Below are positions 19,377-28,565 of a DNA stretch of 56,071 bases, piece by piece. The stretch's first letter is position 1. Every line of letters starts with the position of its first letter. The position numbers and the translations under genes are program-made. Origin of the DNA: an uncultured Oscillospiraceae bacterium (lineage in GTDB: Bacteria > Bacillota > Clostridia > Christensenellales > CAG-138); the NCBI GenBank assembly GCA_964437665.1, contig CAYTHS010000005.1, forward strand, positions 1 to 56,071, written 5' to 3'. Below the pieces are notes generated by a model. That model had not been told where the DNA came from. It searched no databases and saw nothing but the letters and a program-made list of their open reading frames with translations.

Positions 19377-19973
19377 TTGGCGTCGGGCTGTGAAAAACAG
19401 AATAGCGTATTGATCGTTTCGGCAACCGAGCGGGCGCGCGCCGGCATTGCGGGCGTTCTTTCGCCGTCCCGCTATTCGCCGATCGTCATGCGCGGCTCCG
19501 CCGCCGAAACGCGCAGGCTGATGCTCGACACGCCGTTTTCACTCGTATTTATCAACACGCCGCTGCCGGACGAATTCGGCGCGCAGCTCGCGCTCGACCT
19601 CGCGTCAAGCCGGATGTGCTGCGTGGCGCTCGTCGTCTCCAGCGAAGCCTACGAGCAGGTGAGCGGCCAACTGGAAGACGCGGGCGTGATCACGCTTTCC
19701 AAACCCTGTTCGGCGCAGAACATCCGCCAGGCGGCGGCGCTCATGGCCGCCACGCGCAGCAAACTCGCCGCAATGGAGCGCAAGACCGCCACGCTGGAGG
19801 AGAAGATGGAGGAAGTGCGCCTCGTCAACCGCGCCAAATGGATGCTCATCGAGCGGCGCGGCATGGACGAAGCAACCGCGCACCGCTATATTGAAAAGCT
19901 CGCCATGGACGCGCGGCAGACGCGCAGGCTCGTGGCGCAGACGCTGATCCGTTCGCTCGAAACCAGCGACTAA
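19377..19973 (+). CDS. ANTAR-domain antiterminator with pseudo-receiver domain (NitR/AmiR-like)
   Basis: C-terminal VNRAKWMLIERRGMDEATAHRYIEKLAMD; receiver-like N-terminus (VLIVS, LVFINTPLPD, LSKP); TTG start after GGGAGG. Confidence 0.9.
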   Translation: MASGCEKQNSVLIVSATERARAGIAGVLSPSRYSPIVMRGSAAETRRLMLDTPFSLVFINTPLPDEFGAQLALDLASSRMCCVALVVSSEAYEQVSGQLEDAGVITLSKPCSAQNIRQAAALMAATRSKLAAMERKTATLEEKMEEVRLVNRAKWMLIERRGMDEATAHRYIEKLAMDARQTRRLVAQTLIRSLETSD

Positions 19974-20168
19974 ACGTTTCTTTCAGCGGCTCTGCCCGTG
20001 AGGACACTTCGCTTTTATGACAGAGTAAAAAAGCATTTTCCGGCAGCAAAAAACAGGCTTGTTTCGGGCGGGGGTGTGTCCCGTCCGTTTTTCTTGTGTT
20101 ATACTTTTATTAACTTATGACAACAGCATATCGGACTTATCAGAAACGACATCGTTCGGAGGGTTAAA

Positions 20169-21533
20169 ATGGAGCAATATGATGTTTTGATCGTCGGCGC
20201 GGCAACCGCCGGCAGCTTTTTTGCGCGCAGGATCGCCGAAGCGGGACACAGCGTACTTGTGCTCGACAAGCTCGGCAAAGATTCCCTCGGACACCGGCTG
20301 GACATCTTCCATGTCGGCAAGCCCGACTTTGAACGATTCGGCCTCCCTTTACCGGAGGAAAACGATGATTTCGCGTTTGAATTCACCGGCGGGCGCACCT
20401 TTTCCGCCTACGGGCGCTACCCTAAGAAAACCACCGGCACGACCGTCGGCATGCACATGCCGCGCTACATCGCCCGCCTGAACCGCTGGGCGGAGGAAGC
20501 GGGCGCAACGTTCCTGCTCGGCGCGGCGTTCACCGGTTTTCTCTGGGAAAACGGCCGCGTCGCAGGCGCAACTTACGAAAAAGACGGCGTTTCGCATGAA
20601 GTACGCGCAAAGCTCGTTGCCGATTGCTCGGGCATCCCATCCGTGGCCCGGCGGCAGCTGCCGGACGGCTACGGCGTGGAAAACTTCGCCATCGCGGACA
20701 CGGACAAGTTTTACGTGACATTGCGCTATGTTACCTATCACGACCCGAACGATTATGTAAGCGGCACGCGCGGCTGGACCTACTACAAAACCTGGGAAGC
20801 ACCGGAGGGCAGCCCGGACTGCGCGATACTCGGCGTCGGCGCGAACTTTTCCTACGACGAGGGCGAAAAGGTCTTCGCCGCGTTTGAAAAAGCGGTCGAA
20901 TTGCCGCGCTATACCCTCAAGCGTATTGAACGCGGCACGACCCCTTACCGCCGCCCGCCGTACAGCTTCGTCGCGGACGGGTTCCTTGCTTCCGGCGACG
21001 CAGCCTGCCTGACCAAACCGTCCGCGGGCGAAGGCGTGACCGCAAGCATGGTTCAGCTCGAAATCGCGGCGGACGTGGTCAGCCGCCTGCTCGATGAAGG
21101 CGAATCCCTCACCCGCGCACGTCTCTGGCCGATCAACAAGCGATATGTCGACGCGCAGGGCAAGGCGTTTGCAGGACAGCTTGCAACGCTGATCGGCGCA
21201 ATGTCCACCAGCGCGGAGGAAAACGACTTCTTCTTTGAAAAGGACGTAATCTTCAGCGACAAAACGTTCGCCAGCCTCGGCAGCGGCGAGCCGCTCGCTT
21301 TTTCCACCGGGGAAATGCTGAACATGGCGTTTAAAATGCTCGGCGGCGTGCTCTCCGGCAGGCTCCGCGTTTCCACGATCCGTTCGCTGCTTTCCGGCAT
21401 GAAAAACGGCGGCCGCGCCGAGGCGCTCTATGCCGAATACCCGGAAACCGAAGCGGGTTATGCGGCCTGGACGAAACGCGCGGACGAATTCTGGCGCAGC
21501 TGCGGCAGTATGGCGGACAACGCGGTGGGATGA
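20169..21533 (+). CDS. FAD-dependent oxidoreductase, geranylgeranyl-reductase-like
   Basis: YDVLIVGAATAG..A, AKLVADCSG and GDAACLTKP.AGEGV. Confidence 0.8.
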   Translation: MEQYDVLIVGAATAGSFFARRIAEAGHSVLVLDKLGKDSLGHRLDIFHVGKPDFERFGLPLPEENDDFAFEFTGGRTFSAYGRYPKKTTGTTVGMHMPRYIARLNRWAEEAGATFLLGAAFTGFLWENGRVAGATYEKDGVSHEVRAKLVADCSGIPSVARRQLPDGYGVENFAIADTDKFYVTLRYVTYHDPNDYVSGTRGWTYYKTWEAPEGSPDCAILGVGANFSYDEGEKVFAAFEKAVELPRYTLKRIERGTTPYRRPPYSFVADGFLASGDAACLTKPSAGEGVTASMVQLEIAADVVSRLLDEGESLTRARLWPINKRYVDAQGKAFAGQLATLIGAMSTSAEENDFFFEKDVIFSDKTFASLGSGEPLAFSTGEMLNMAFKMLGGVLSGRLRVSTIRSLLSGMKNGGRAEALYAEYPETEAGYAAWTKRADEFWRSCGSMADNAVG

Positions 21534-21769
21534 GGCGGTTTGGCCGAGATGCGCAATTTCCCCGCGGGAGTATCGGAATTGGTAAATAAGCAAAAACCCT
21601 CTCGTTTCAAAAACGCGCTTTCTCTCGCCGCGTATTCCGCAGGGCAGGCAGGCGCCCTATTTGTCCTGGCCTGTTTCTGCGATAGCATGAGGACAGCGAT
21701 TATACTTGTGTTTTTCGATAATTTGCTGTTTTCTTTATGTAAAATCGACCACTTGGGGGAACCCGGCAA

Positions 21770-22432
21770 ATGATAATAACGAATCTCAATAAAGTACCGT
21801 TCAAATACATCGTTTTATACGGCTTATATCTTCTTGTTCCAATCGTATGTTTTTTCATTTTCGCCTCCGTGTTTCTATCCGGCGGCGCGCATGGACGGCC
21901 ATACGCCTTTGCGGTGGATAACGAACAGCGCCTTTATCTAAGCTTCGGCAGTGGTCTGGTTGCCGTGGAAGACGGCCAGTTTCGGTTCCTCACGCCGTCA
22001 GACAGATCCGATTTTGCGCTTTCCGTGTCCGAAGAAGCTATCCTTACAATAGCGGGTCCCGTGGACGTGCGGTTGGTCGACCTGAACCAAAGCGATATTG
22101 CATCCGGCAGCCAGCAGGTTATCGAACGTTACTCCGATCCGGACAACGCCCTGTTCGGCAACCGCGAAGAAAACTGGAGGACCGACGTGCAAAACGGCGT
22201 TACTTATCGCTATGAAGGCACTTCCTTCTATTACGAGATTCTCCGGGACGACGGCGCCGAAACGAGCGTGTTTTTCGCCATGCCGCATTCAGACTATGTG
22301 TGGCACATCGTTGCGGTTTCAGCCTTCGCGTTCTTTTTCATTTATGTCGGTGCGGGGGTATTGTTTATAAAGCTATTCGTCATAAAACGGCATCCGGAGT
22401 TTTATCGGCACGTAAAGTATCCCTGGCAATAG
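21770..22432 (+). CDS. Hypothetical membrane protein (two TM helices flanking a soluble domain)
   Basis: 220 aa ORF with hydrophobic segments near both termini. Confidence 0.7.
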   Translation: MIITNLNKVPFKYIVLYGLYLLVPIVCFFIFASVFLSGGAHGRPYAFAVDNEQRLYLSFGSGLVAVEDGQFRFLTPSDRSDFALSVSEEAILTIAGPVDVRLVDLNQSDIASGSQQVIERYSDPDNALFGNREENWRTDVQNGVTYRYEGTSFYYEILRDDGAETSVFFAMPHSDYVWHIVAVSAFAFFFIYVGAGVLFIKLFVIKRHPEFYRHVKYPWQ

Positions 22433-22484
22433 CACAAGCAGCATTAGAGACGATGTTTACGCCTCCGCAGAAATGCGGAGACGT

Positions 22485-22520
22485 GAGACCGTCAAAAAAC
22501 CCGGGTTTTTCGTTGGTCTC
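22485..22520. repeat. Minimal palindromic element related to the 30258-30435 element, between two hairpins
   Basis: GAGACCGTCAAAAAA-CCCGGG-TTTTTCGTTGGTCTC; its left end matches the reverse complement of 30421-30435 at 14/15. Confidence 0.55.
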
Positions 22521-22558
22521 CGGCGCGGGCTTTTGCCCGCGCCGGTATAATTTACGCC

Positions 22559-24364
22559 TTAGTAGTCAAATAGCTCACCGGGAACGATATCCGCCTTATG
22601 AACCGTCGTCGTGATGTCAAACGTGCCGATGAACACCTGGTTATATTCCTTGTCCCGGTCGTAGACGTCCCACACAAGCCGAATTTCGAATGTATCGGGC
22701 AAGTACTGCGGCACAATCGGCATAGTGTTTCCGTTCGTACTGCTGTCCCACCCCGTTATTTTATCGAACGTTCCGTAGCTTTCCACCCACAGCTTTGCCG
22801 CAGAAGCCGAATATTGGCTGCCTTCATACCAGCCTTCCAGCTCTGTACCATCCAGATATATATGCTGGGCTGAGGAGTGTGACTCCGGCGGACAGTACAG
22901 CCCGTCGATCGTATAACGTATATACAAGTACCTCTGCGCAGGGTCAAACCCAAGCCGTTCCAGCGTGAGCGAAACGCCCCCCACCGTTTGACTGCCTTCC
23001 AGCGGGCAATACGACCTCTCGTTACGGCCGTCTTCCGCCAGCCGCAGCGTCTCTTCGCGCCAGGCCTCGCGTTCCGCGTCGTCTTTCGGCAGCGTGATTT
23101 CGCCCGTACGCGGATTGACCCGCAGCAACAGTTCCACGGCGTCCCAGGTATACGTAACCGATCCTTCTTTATACCCGTTGATATCGGCCTTTTGCCGCGT
23201 ACTGGTACCCGCGTCGCGCAGCACGGCGATCAAGACCGTCTCCGGCAACTCGTCCATCGGCGCATACCACGGGTAGCGCGTAACGGATTCGATCGTCCCG
23301 AAATATTCGGGTTCCCATGCGGCGTCCTGCCGGAGCCGCGCCATATCCGGCGTAAAAATATGACTGATCGCCTCTCCGTAACAGTGGTAGCCGTCCATAT
23401 AGAATTCTGCCGCGTCGGCCCCATACGTCACTCTGGTTTGACCGAGTATAAAGCCGTCTTCGGTCGTCTGCGCATCGTTAAAGGTATACTCGTCCTGCGT
23501 AATGTTGAGCTCGGTCATTTCATCCGGCAGCTGTTCCAGCGCGGCATTGTTTTCCGCCGCTTCGGCGTCCAGTTGGTCCAGTATTTCGGTGATCAGGCGC
23601 GCGCGGTCCGCTTCGATCTGCTCCGTCGCTGTGTCATAGACAAAGTCGAGCGAAAAACTGCCGAGAACATCGCCGCGCAGCCCGTTTTCGTCATACGCAT
23701 ACAGCGTGCAGGTCAGCGTCATCAGCATGCCCGCAGAAATCGTTTGGTCGCTTATGCGGAACCAGATTTCGTATTGTGCGCCGAGCGCCTCGCTGTCCGC
23801 GCGCGCAACCGCGGGCAGTTCGCGCGCCGTCCCGTCGGCCTTCCCATAGGCGGGGTAGTCTTCTCCGCCAACGGAAAGTACATATTCAAAATCGGTCAGG
23901 CGGCTGTCGTCGCCCGTTTTTGCGTCGGTGGCATTGAACGCAACGTTCAGTTCCGGCGGATCGTCGTTCGCCCAATAGGAAACGCCTTTCAGTGCAAACG
24001 AAATACCGTCCGCTTCCCCCGTTCCGTCAATGGCAGAATAGTACATGGTGCCCGCGATAATCGCATCCGCGCTTTGCTCCGCATAAGCCAGACGGTCGTC
24101 CACCGCCTGTTCGCTCTGTGAATATTCTTTCGCCCGCTGGGTGCTGCTCCAGTAAACGGCATATGCCGCGCAGGCCGAAAGCAGCAGGAGCACCGCAGCA
24201 ATTAGAATCAGCAGCGCTCTGCGTTTGCGTGTCATCCCCGCAGGCCGGTATGCTTGTTCCTCCCGCCGCGGCATCCGGCTGTATGCCGCCGTTTGTTCCG
24301 CCAGCCGGGACTTAAACGCACTGGACGCGTGAACGCCGTCAAACCCGATTAGATACCGTTGCAT
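22559..24364 (-). CDS. Putative membrane-anchored anti-sigma factor with a large extracellular domain
   Basis: Overlaps the ECF sigma gene; short basic N-terminus, one TM helix (ALLILIAAVLLLLSACAAYAV) and about 530 aa acidic C-terminal region. Confidence 0.7.
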   Translation of the reverse strand: MQRYLIGFDGVHASSAFKSRLAEQTAAYSRMPRREEQAYRPAGMTRKRRALLILIAAVLLLLSACAAYAVYWSSTQRAKEYSQSEQAVDDRLAYAEQSADAIIAGTMYYSAIDGTGEADGISFALKGVSYWANDDPPELNVAFNATDAKTGDDSRLTDFEYVLSVGGEDYPAYGKADGTARELPAVARADSEALGAQYEIWFRISDQTISAGMLMTLTCTLYAYDENGLRGDVLGSFSLDFVYDTATEQIEADRARLITEILDQLDAEAAENNAALEQLPDEMTELNITQDEYTFNDAQTTEDGFILGQTRVTYGADAAEFYMDGYHCYGEAISHIFTPDMARLRQDAAWEPEYFGTIESVTRYPWYAPMDELPETVLIAVLRDAGTSTRQKADINGYKEGSVTYTWDAVELLLRVNPRTGEITLPKDDAEREAWREETLRLAEDGRNERSYCPLEGSQTVGGVSLTLERLGFDPAQRYLYIRYTIDGLYCPPESHSSAQHIYLDGTELEGWYEGSQYSASAAKLWVESYGTFDKITGWDSSTNGNTMPIVPQYLPDTFEIRLVWDVYDRDKEYNQVFIGTFDITTTVHKADIVPGELFDY

Positions 24365-24848
24365 AGCCGTCTCCTTTCAGCAGCGTTTTGAGCTTTTTGC
24401 GCGCGCGGGACAGCCGCGAACTGACCGTCCCTTCGCGTTCGCCGAGAATCGCCGCAATCTCCCGCACGGGGACGCGCTCGTAATAGAAAAGATAGACCGC
24501 GTACCGGTCGTTCTCCGGAAGTCTGCGCACCGCGTCGAGCACCTCGATCGTCTCTGCGGGGAACGCGGAAACCGCCTCCTCGTCCAGCGGCATGTTCCTG
24601 CGGCGCGCGGCGGACTTTTGATAATCCTTGCAGAGATTGACCGCCGTGCGGATCAGCCACGCTTTTTCGTGTTCGCGGTTCTCAAAACGCGGTTTCACCG
24701 TTACAAGCCGCTCGAAAACGGACTGCACGATATCCTCCGCCTCGGCAAGGTTCTGCGTCCGGTTCAGCGCGATCCGCAGCAGCATGTCGGCATACGCGCC
24801 GACCAGCCGGCCGATCTCCCGTTCGTCAAGCCATTGTGTCTGCTCCAT
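24339..24848 (-). CDS. ECF RNA polymerase sigma factor
   Basis: AEDIVQSVF, KAWLIRTAVNLCKD and EIAAILG..EGTVSSRLSRARKKLK; RBS AAGGAGG. Confidence 0.93.
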   Translation of the reverse strand: MEQTQWLDEREIGRLVGAYADMLLRIALNRTQNLAEAEDIVQSVFERLVTVKPRFENREHEKAWLIRTAVNLCKDYQKSAARRRNMPLDEEAVSAFPAETIEVLDAVRRLPENDRYAVYLFYYERVPVREIAAILGEREGTVSSRLSRARKKLKTLLKGDGYATVSNRV

Positions 24849-24937
24849 CGCCGCCTCCTTTCAGCAGTAATACGAATCAAACCGGCGTTTCCCTGCATCG
24901 AATCTTAAAAAAGTCTTTCTTCTTCCCGCAGGCAGGA

Positions 24938-24964
24938 AAAAAGCGCAGCGAGAAGCTGCGCTTT
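24938..24964 (-). terminator. Terminator after the flavodiiron gene
   Basis: aaagcgcagc-gagaa-gctgcgcttt with an A-run on the plus strand (U-tract on minus). Confidence 0.65.
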
Positions 24965-24976
24965 GGGCGGCATACG

Positions 24977-26824
24977 TTACGCCTGATCGAGCGGGACGAA
25001 GACTTCTACGCCGTGCTTGCAGATCGGGCAGATGAAGTCCGGGGGAAGCACTTCGCCTTCGTAGATGTACCCGCAGACGGTGCAGAGCCAGCCCTTTTTC
25101 TTTTTTGCCTTTTCACCGGGCTTCGGCTTGATGTTCCTGCGGTAATAATCGTATGTAACCGAGGGTTCGCCCGAAAGTTTCTTCGCCTCCGTCAGGTCGG
25201 CCACGAACAGCGTGTGCGAACCATAGTCCACGGCGGAAATCACCTTGCAGCTCATCAGCGCGTTTACGTTTTCGGTGACGTACATCAACCCGTTTGCGCT
25301 GCGCTCACAGGGCAGGAAGTCCTCAAATTTCTCGGCGTCCCTGCCGCTCTGCAGGCCGAAACGCTCGTAAAGGTCGAACTTGGACGTTTCGGTCAGAACA
25401 GAGATGTTGAATACGCCGGTGCGAAGGACCATATCGTGCGTAAGGCTGTCCTTGCTAACGGAAATGGAAACGCGCTTCGGCGCGCTCGATATCTGCGTGA
25501 CGGTGTTGATGATGCTGCCGTTGTCCTTTTCGCCTTCACGCGCCGTTAGGACAAACAGACCGTAACTGAGCGTAAACAGCGCGGCCGGTTCGATTTCACC
25601 CTTCGGCACGTCGACAATCTCCGGCCGGCTGACCGTCGCCGAAATGGCGCTCACCAGCGCGTCCATCTCCTTGCTCTGGCTCTCTTTGAGCGCGGAACGG
25701 ATGGTAATCGCGTTTTCGAGGAACGTCATGTTCTTCTGCCCGGCAAGCATGTCGCGCATGAGCTTTCCGCTCGCGGGCGCCCACGTGCCGTTTTCGATGA
25801 AAGCGACCGTGCGGTTCTGGATATTATGCAGCACGAGATCGCGCAGCACCTCTTCCATCGTGACGAACACGCCCGCGTTGTAGGTGGACGCGGCGAATAC
25901 GAGATGGCTCATGCGAAACGCCGCCGAAACGATCTTGGATGCGGGATCGACCGAAACGTCGAACATACGCACCTTGATCCCCGCGTCGAAGAGGCGGCAG
26001 GCAAGAATCTGCGCCGCGTTGGCGGTGTTTCCGTAGATGGAAGCATAGGCGATCATCACGCCGGTCTCTTCGGGCGTGTAACTGCTCCAGAGACGGTATT
26101 TTTCGATATATTGATCAAAGTTTTCGCGGTGAACGGGCCCGTGCAGCGGACAGATCATGGCGATGTCCAGCGCGGACACCTTTTTGAGTGCGGACTGCAC
26201 CTGCGGGCCGTATTTGCCGATGATGTTCGCATAATACCGCCGCGCATCGGGCATGTATTCGCCGTAGAAGTCGATTTCGTCGGCAAACAGCGAGCCGTTG
26301 AGCGCGCCGAACGTACCGAACGCGTCCGCGGAAAAGAGCACGCGGTCGGTTTTGTCGAACGTGAACATCACTTCCGGCCAATGCACCATGGGCGCGAACA
26401 CAAACTGGAATTCGTGTTTTCCGGTGGAGAGCGTGTCGCCCTCCTTCACAAGGTGCGCCCGCTCGCCGATGTCCTCGCCGAAAAACTGTTCGATCATGGC
26501 TTTGGTCTTTTGATTGCAGACGACCTTGACTTCCGGATAATGGCAAAGCAGGTCCATCAGCGTAGCCGAGTGGTCCGGCTCCATGTGCTGCACCACGACA
26601 TAATCCAGCTTGCGCCCGGAAAGGACGTGCTCGACGTTTTCAAAGAACACCTTTCCGATGGCTTTGTCCACCGTGTCGAAAAGGATGGTTTTTTCGTCCA
26701 GTATCAGATAGGAGTTGTAGGAAACGCCGTCGGGGATGGAATACACGCCCTCGAACAGGACGAGCCTCCGGTCGTCGCCGCCAACCCACGTAATGTCTTC
26801 GTTTACTTTTCTCGTGCAGTACAT
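24977..26824 (-). CDS. fprA: Flavodiiron protein (FprA core) fused to flavin-reductase and rubredoxin domains
   Basis: HMEPDH, MVHWPE, SADAFG, PLHGP; flavodoxin SIYGNT; flavin-reductase LSYGLFVLT..GSHTLF; rubredoxin CTVCGY..CPIC. Confidence 0.9.
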   Translation of the reverse strand: MYCTRKVNEDITWVGGDDRRLVLFEGVYSIPDGVSYNSYLILDEKTILFDTVDKAIGKVFFENVEHVLSGRKLDYVVVQHMEPDHSATLMDLLCHYPEVKVVCNQKTKAMIEQFFGEDIGERAHLVKEGDTLSTGKHEFQFVFAPMVHWPEVMFTFDKTDRVLFSADAFGTFGALNGSLFADEIDFYGEYMPDARRYYANIIGKYGPQVQSALKKVSALDIAMICPLHGPVHRENFDQYIEKYRLWSSYTPEETGVMIAYASIYGNTANAAQILACRLFDAGIKVRMFDVSVDPASKIVSAAFRMSHLVFAASTYNAGVFVTMEEVLRDLVLHNIQNRTVAFIENGTWAPASGKLMRDMLAGQKNMTFLENAITIRSALKESQSKEMDALVSAISATVSRPEIVDVPKGEIEPAALFTLSYGLFVLTAREGEKDNGSIINTVTQISSAPKRVSISVSKDSLTHDMVLRTGVFNISVLTETSKFDLYERFGLQSGRDAEKFEDFLPCERSANGLMYVTENVNALMSCKVISAVDYGSHTLFVADLTEAKKLSGEPSVTYDYYRRNIKPKPGEKAKKKKGWLCTVCGYIYEGEVLPPDFICPICKHGVEVFVPLDQA

Positions 26825-26902
26825 GTTATATGCCCCTTTCCAAATGTGCTTCTTATGTAATGCCATATCCTGCGGTAAATACCTTTTTTAACCCAACACG
26901 CG

Positions 26903-27913
26903 TCATTCCCCGTTCGAAACGACGTATGCCTCAAATCCCGCGCTTGCCGTCTGCGTCCCGTCGGGAAGCACCCAAAGCGCCTCCACGCCGCCGAGCGAAT
27001 CAACGAGCGCTTCGCCCTCCTCCGGCGGCATACAGAACAGCCCCGTGGTCAGCGCGTCCGCCAGAGCGGAATCCGCGCAGAGCACTGAAACCGAGTCGTA
27101 ATACACGGATGGATAGAGCGTCTTCGGGTCGATGATATGATGATAATCCTTTCCGTCCACTGTGTAATAGCGCTCATACGTCCCGCTGGTGACAAGACTT
27201 CGGTTGTCCACGCGCACCGCAAGCAGGTATCCGCCCGAATACGGGTCCTGTATGCCAACTTTCCAGTTCGAGCCGTCCGCCTTTGTTCCGACGGCGCAGA
27301 CGTTGCCGCCCGCGCTGATAAGCAGCGAACCGGCGCCTTCGCTTTTGAGCCGTTCCATAACGCGCTGCACGGCGTACCCTTTGGCGATCGCGCCCACGTC
27401 GAGACGAAGGTTTTCGTCGGCCAGATACAGCGTCCCCGCGGCACGGTCGATCACCACGTCGCCGATATCGATATGCCGCCCGGCTTTTTCCAGTTCGTCC
27501 GCCGGCGGCAGCGCGGCATGGTCTGGATCGTCCAGCCCCGCTTCGCGGTATTCCGTCCAGAGGGCGGTCACGCCACCCATCGCAATATTCAGCGCACCGT
27601 CCGTGGTTTCGTACATCTCCTTGCCGAATGCAATAAGATCCAAAATATCTTCATCCACCGGCACCGGCGCGTTCCCCGCGTTTTGATTGACGGTGCAGAG
27701 ATTGTTCAAGCCTTCATACGTGTTGTAAATATCAAACAGCTTGTGATACCGAACCAGCATTTCGTGCGCTTCGTCGATTGTCTGCTGCGCGGCGTCTTCG
27801 TCCGCGCTGTAAACGATCACCGTGGTCACGGTGTCGAACACGTCGAAAAACGTCTGCTCGTAACGCGCCGGCTTTGGCGAGCACCCGCAGAAAGGCAGGC
27901 AGGCCGTCAGCAT
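26903..27913 (-). CDS. apbE: FAD:protein FMN transferase (ApbE); start uncertain
   Basis: FDT, TDGALNIAMG, LDVGAIAKGYA, ISAGGNV, VTSGTYERY, HHIIDPKT and ADALTTGLF. Confidence 0.9.
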   Translation of the reverse strand: MLTACLPFCGCSPKPARYEQTFFDVFDTVTTVIVYSADEDAAQQTIDEAHEMLVRYHKLFDIYNTYEGLNNLCTVNQNAGNAPVPVDEDILDLIAFGKEMYETTDGALNIAMGGVTALWTEYREAGLDDPDHAALPPADELEKAGRHIDIGDVVIDRAAGTLYLADENLRLDVGAIAKGYAVQRVMERLKSEGAGSLLISAGGNVCAVGTKADGSNWKVGIQDPYSGGYLLAVRVDNRSLVTSGTYERYYTVDGKDYHHIIDPKTLYPSVYYDSVSVLCADSALADALTTGLFCMPPEEGEALVDSLGGVEALWVLPDGTQTASAGFEAYVVSNGE

Positions 27914-27989
27914 TAAAACGACAAAAAATTTATATAAAAACCAGCGTTTACTGTTGGCATTATTCCATGTTTTCGGTAATTCCGCAAGA

Positions 27990-28565
27990 CTAACCTTGTT
28001 TTTCAATGGGCTTTGCCTCGTCCTCTCCACGGAAACGTTCCCGTCGTTTTTCTCCGTTTCCGCCGTGTTTGGGGTCGAGTCCACGAAATGCGTATTTTGC
28101 GATCACACCGTTCAGCGCGCCCGTAACAAGCGCGGCAATCAGCAGAAGCGGCAGATATGCCAGCGCCGCGCGCACGCCCACGACCGCGCACGCAACCGCC
28201 GTCTGCGCGATATTATGCGCCGCCGCGCCGCATACGCTCACGCCGATTACGCTCACCCCGCGCGCCTTTTTGACCAGTATCATCACGGCAAGGCTGAACA
28301 CACCGCCTGCAAAGCTGTAAATCATGGCGGAAAACCCGCCAAAGAGCAAACCGCTTAAGCCCACCTTGAGCAGCATCAGCAAAACGGCGCTTTTCACATC
28401 CAGCAAAAACAGCGCATAGAGTAAAACCGTATTGGCCAGCCCCAGTTTTACGCCGGGAATCGCCGTTACGGGAATCAGGTATTCCACATATCCAAGGACA
28501 AGCGCCACCGCCGTGAGAATTCCAAGACGGGCGATTGTGCCCACGTCCATCTTTCCCGTGTTCAA
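27990..28565 (-). CDS. Gx transporter family / heptaprenyl-diphosphate synthase component I-like membrane protein
   Basis: YVEYLIP..IPGVKLGLAN and IGVSVCGAAAHNIAQ. Confidence 0.85.
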   Translation of the reverse strand: MNTGKMDVGTIARLGILTAVALVLGYVEYLIPVTAIPGVKLGLANTVLLYALFLLDVKSAVLLMLLKVGLSGLLFGGFSAMIYSFAGGVFSLAVMILVKKARGVSVIGVSVCGAAAHNIAQTAVACAVVGVRAALAYLPLLLIAALVTGALNGVIAKYAFRGLDPKHGGNGEKRRERFRGEDEAKPIEKQG

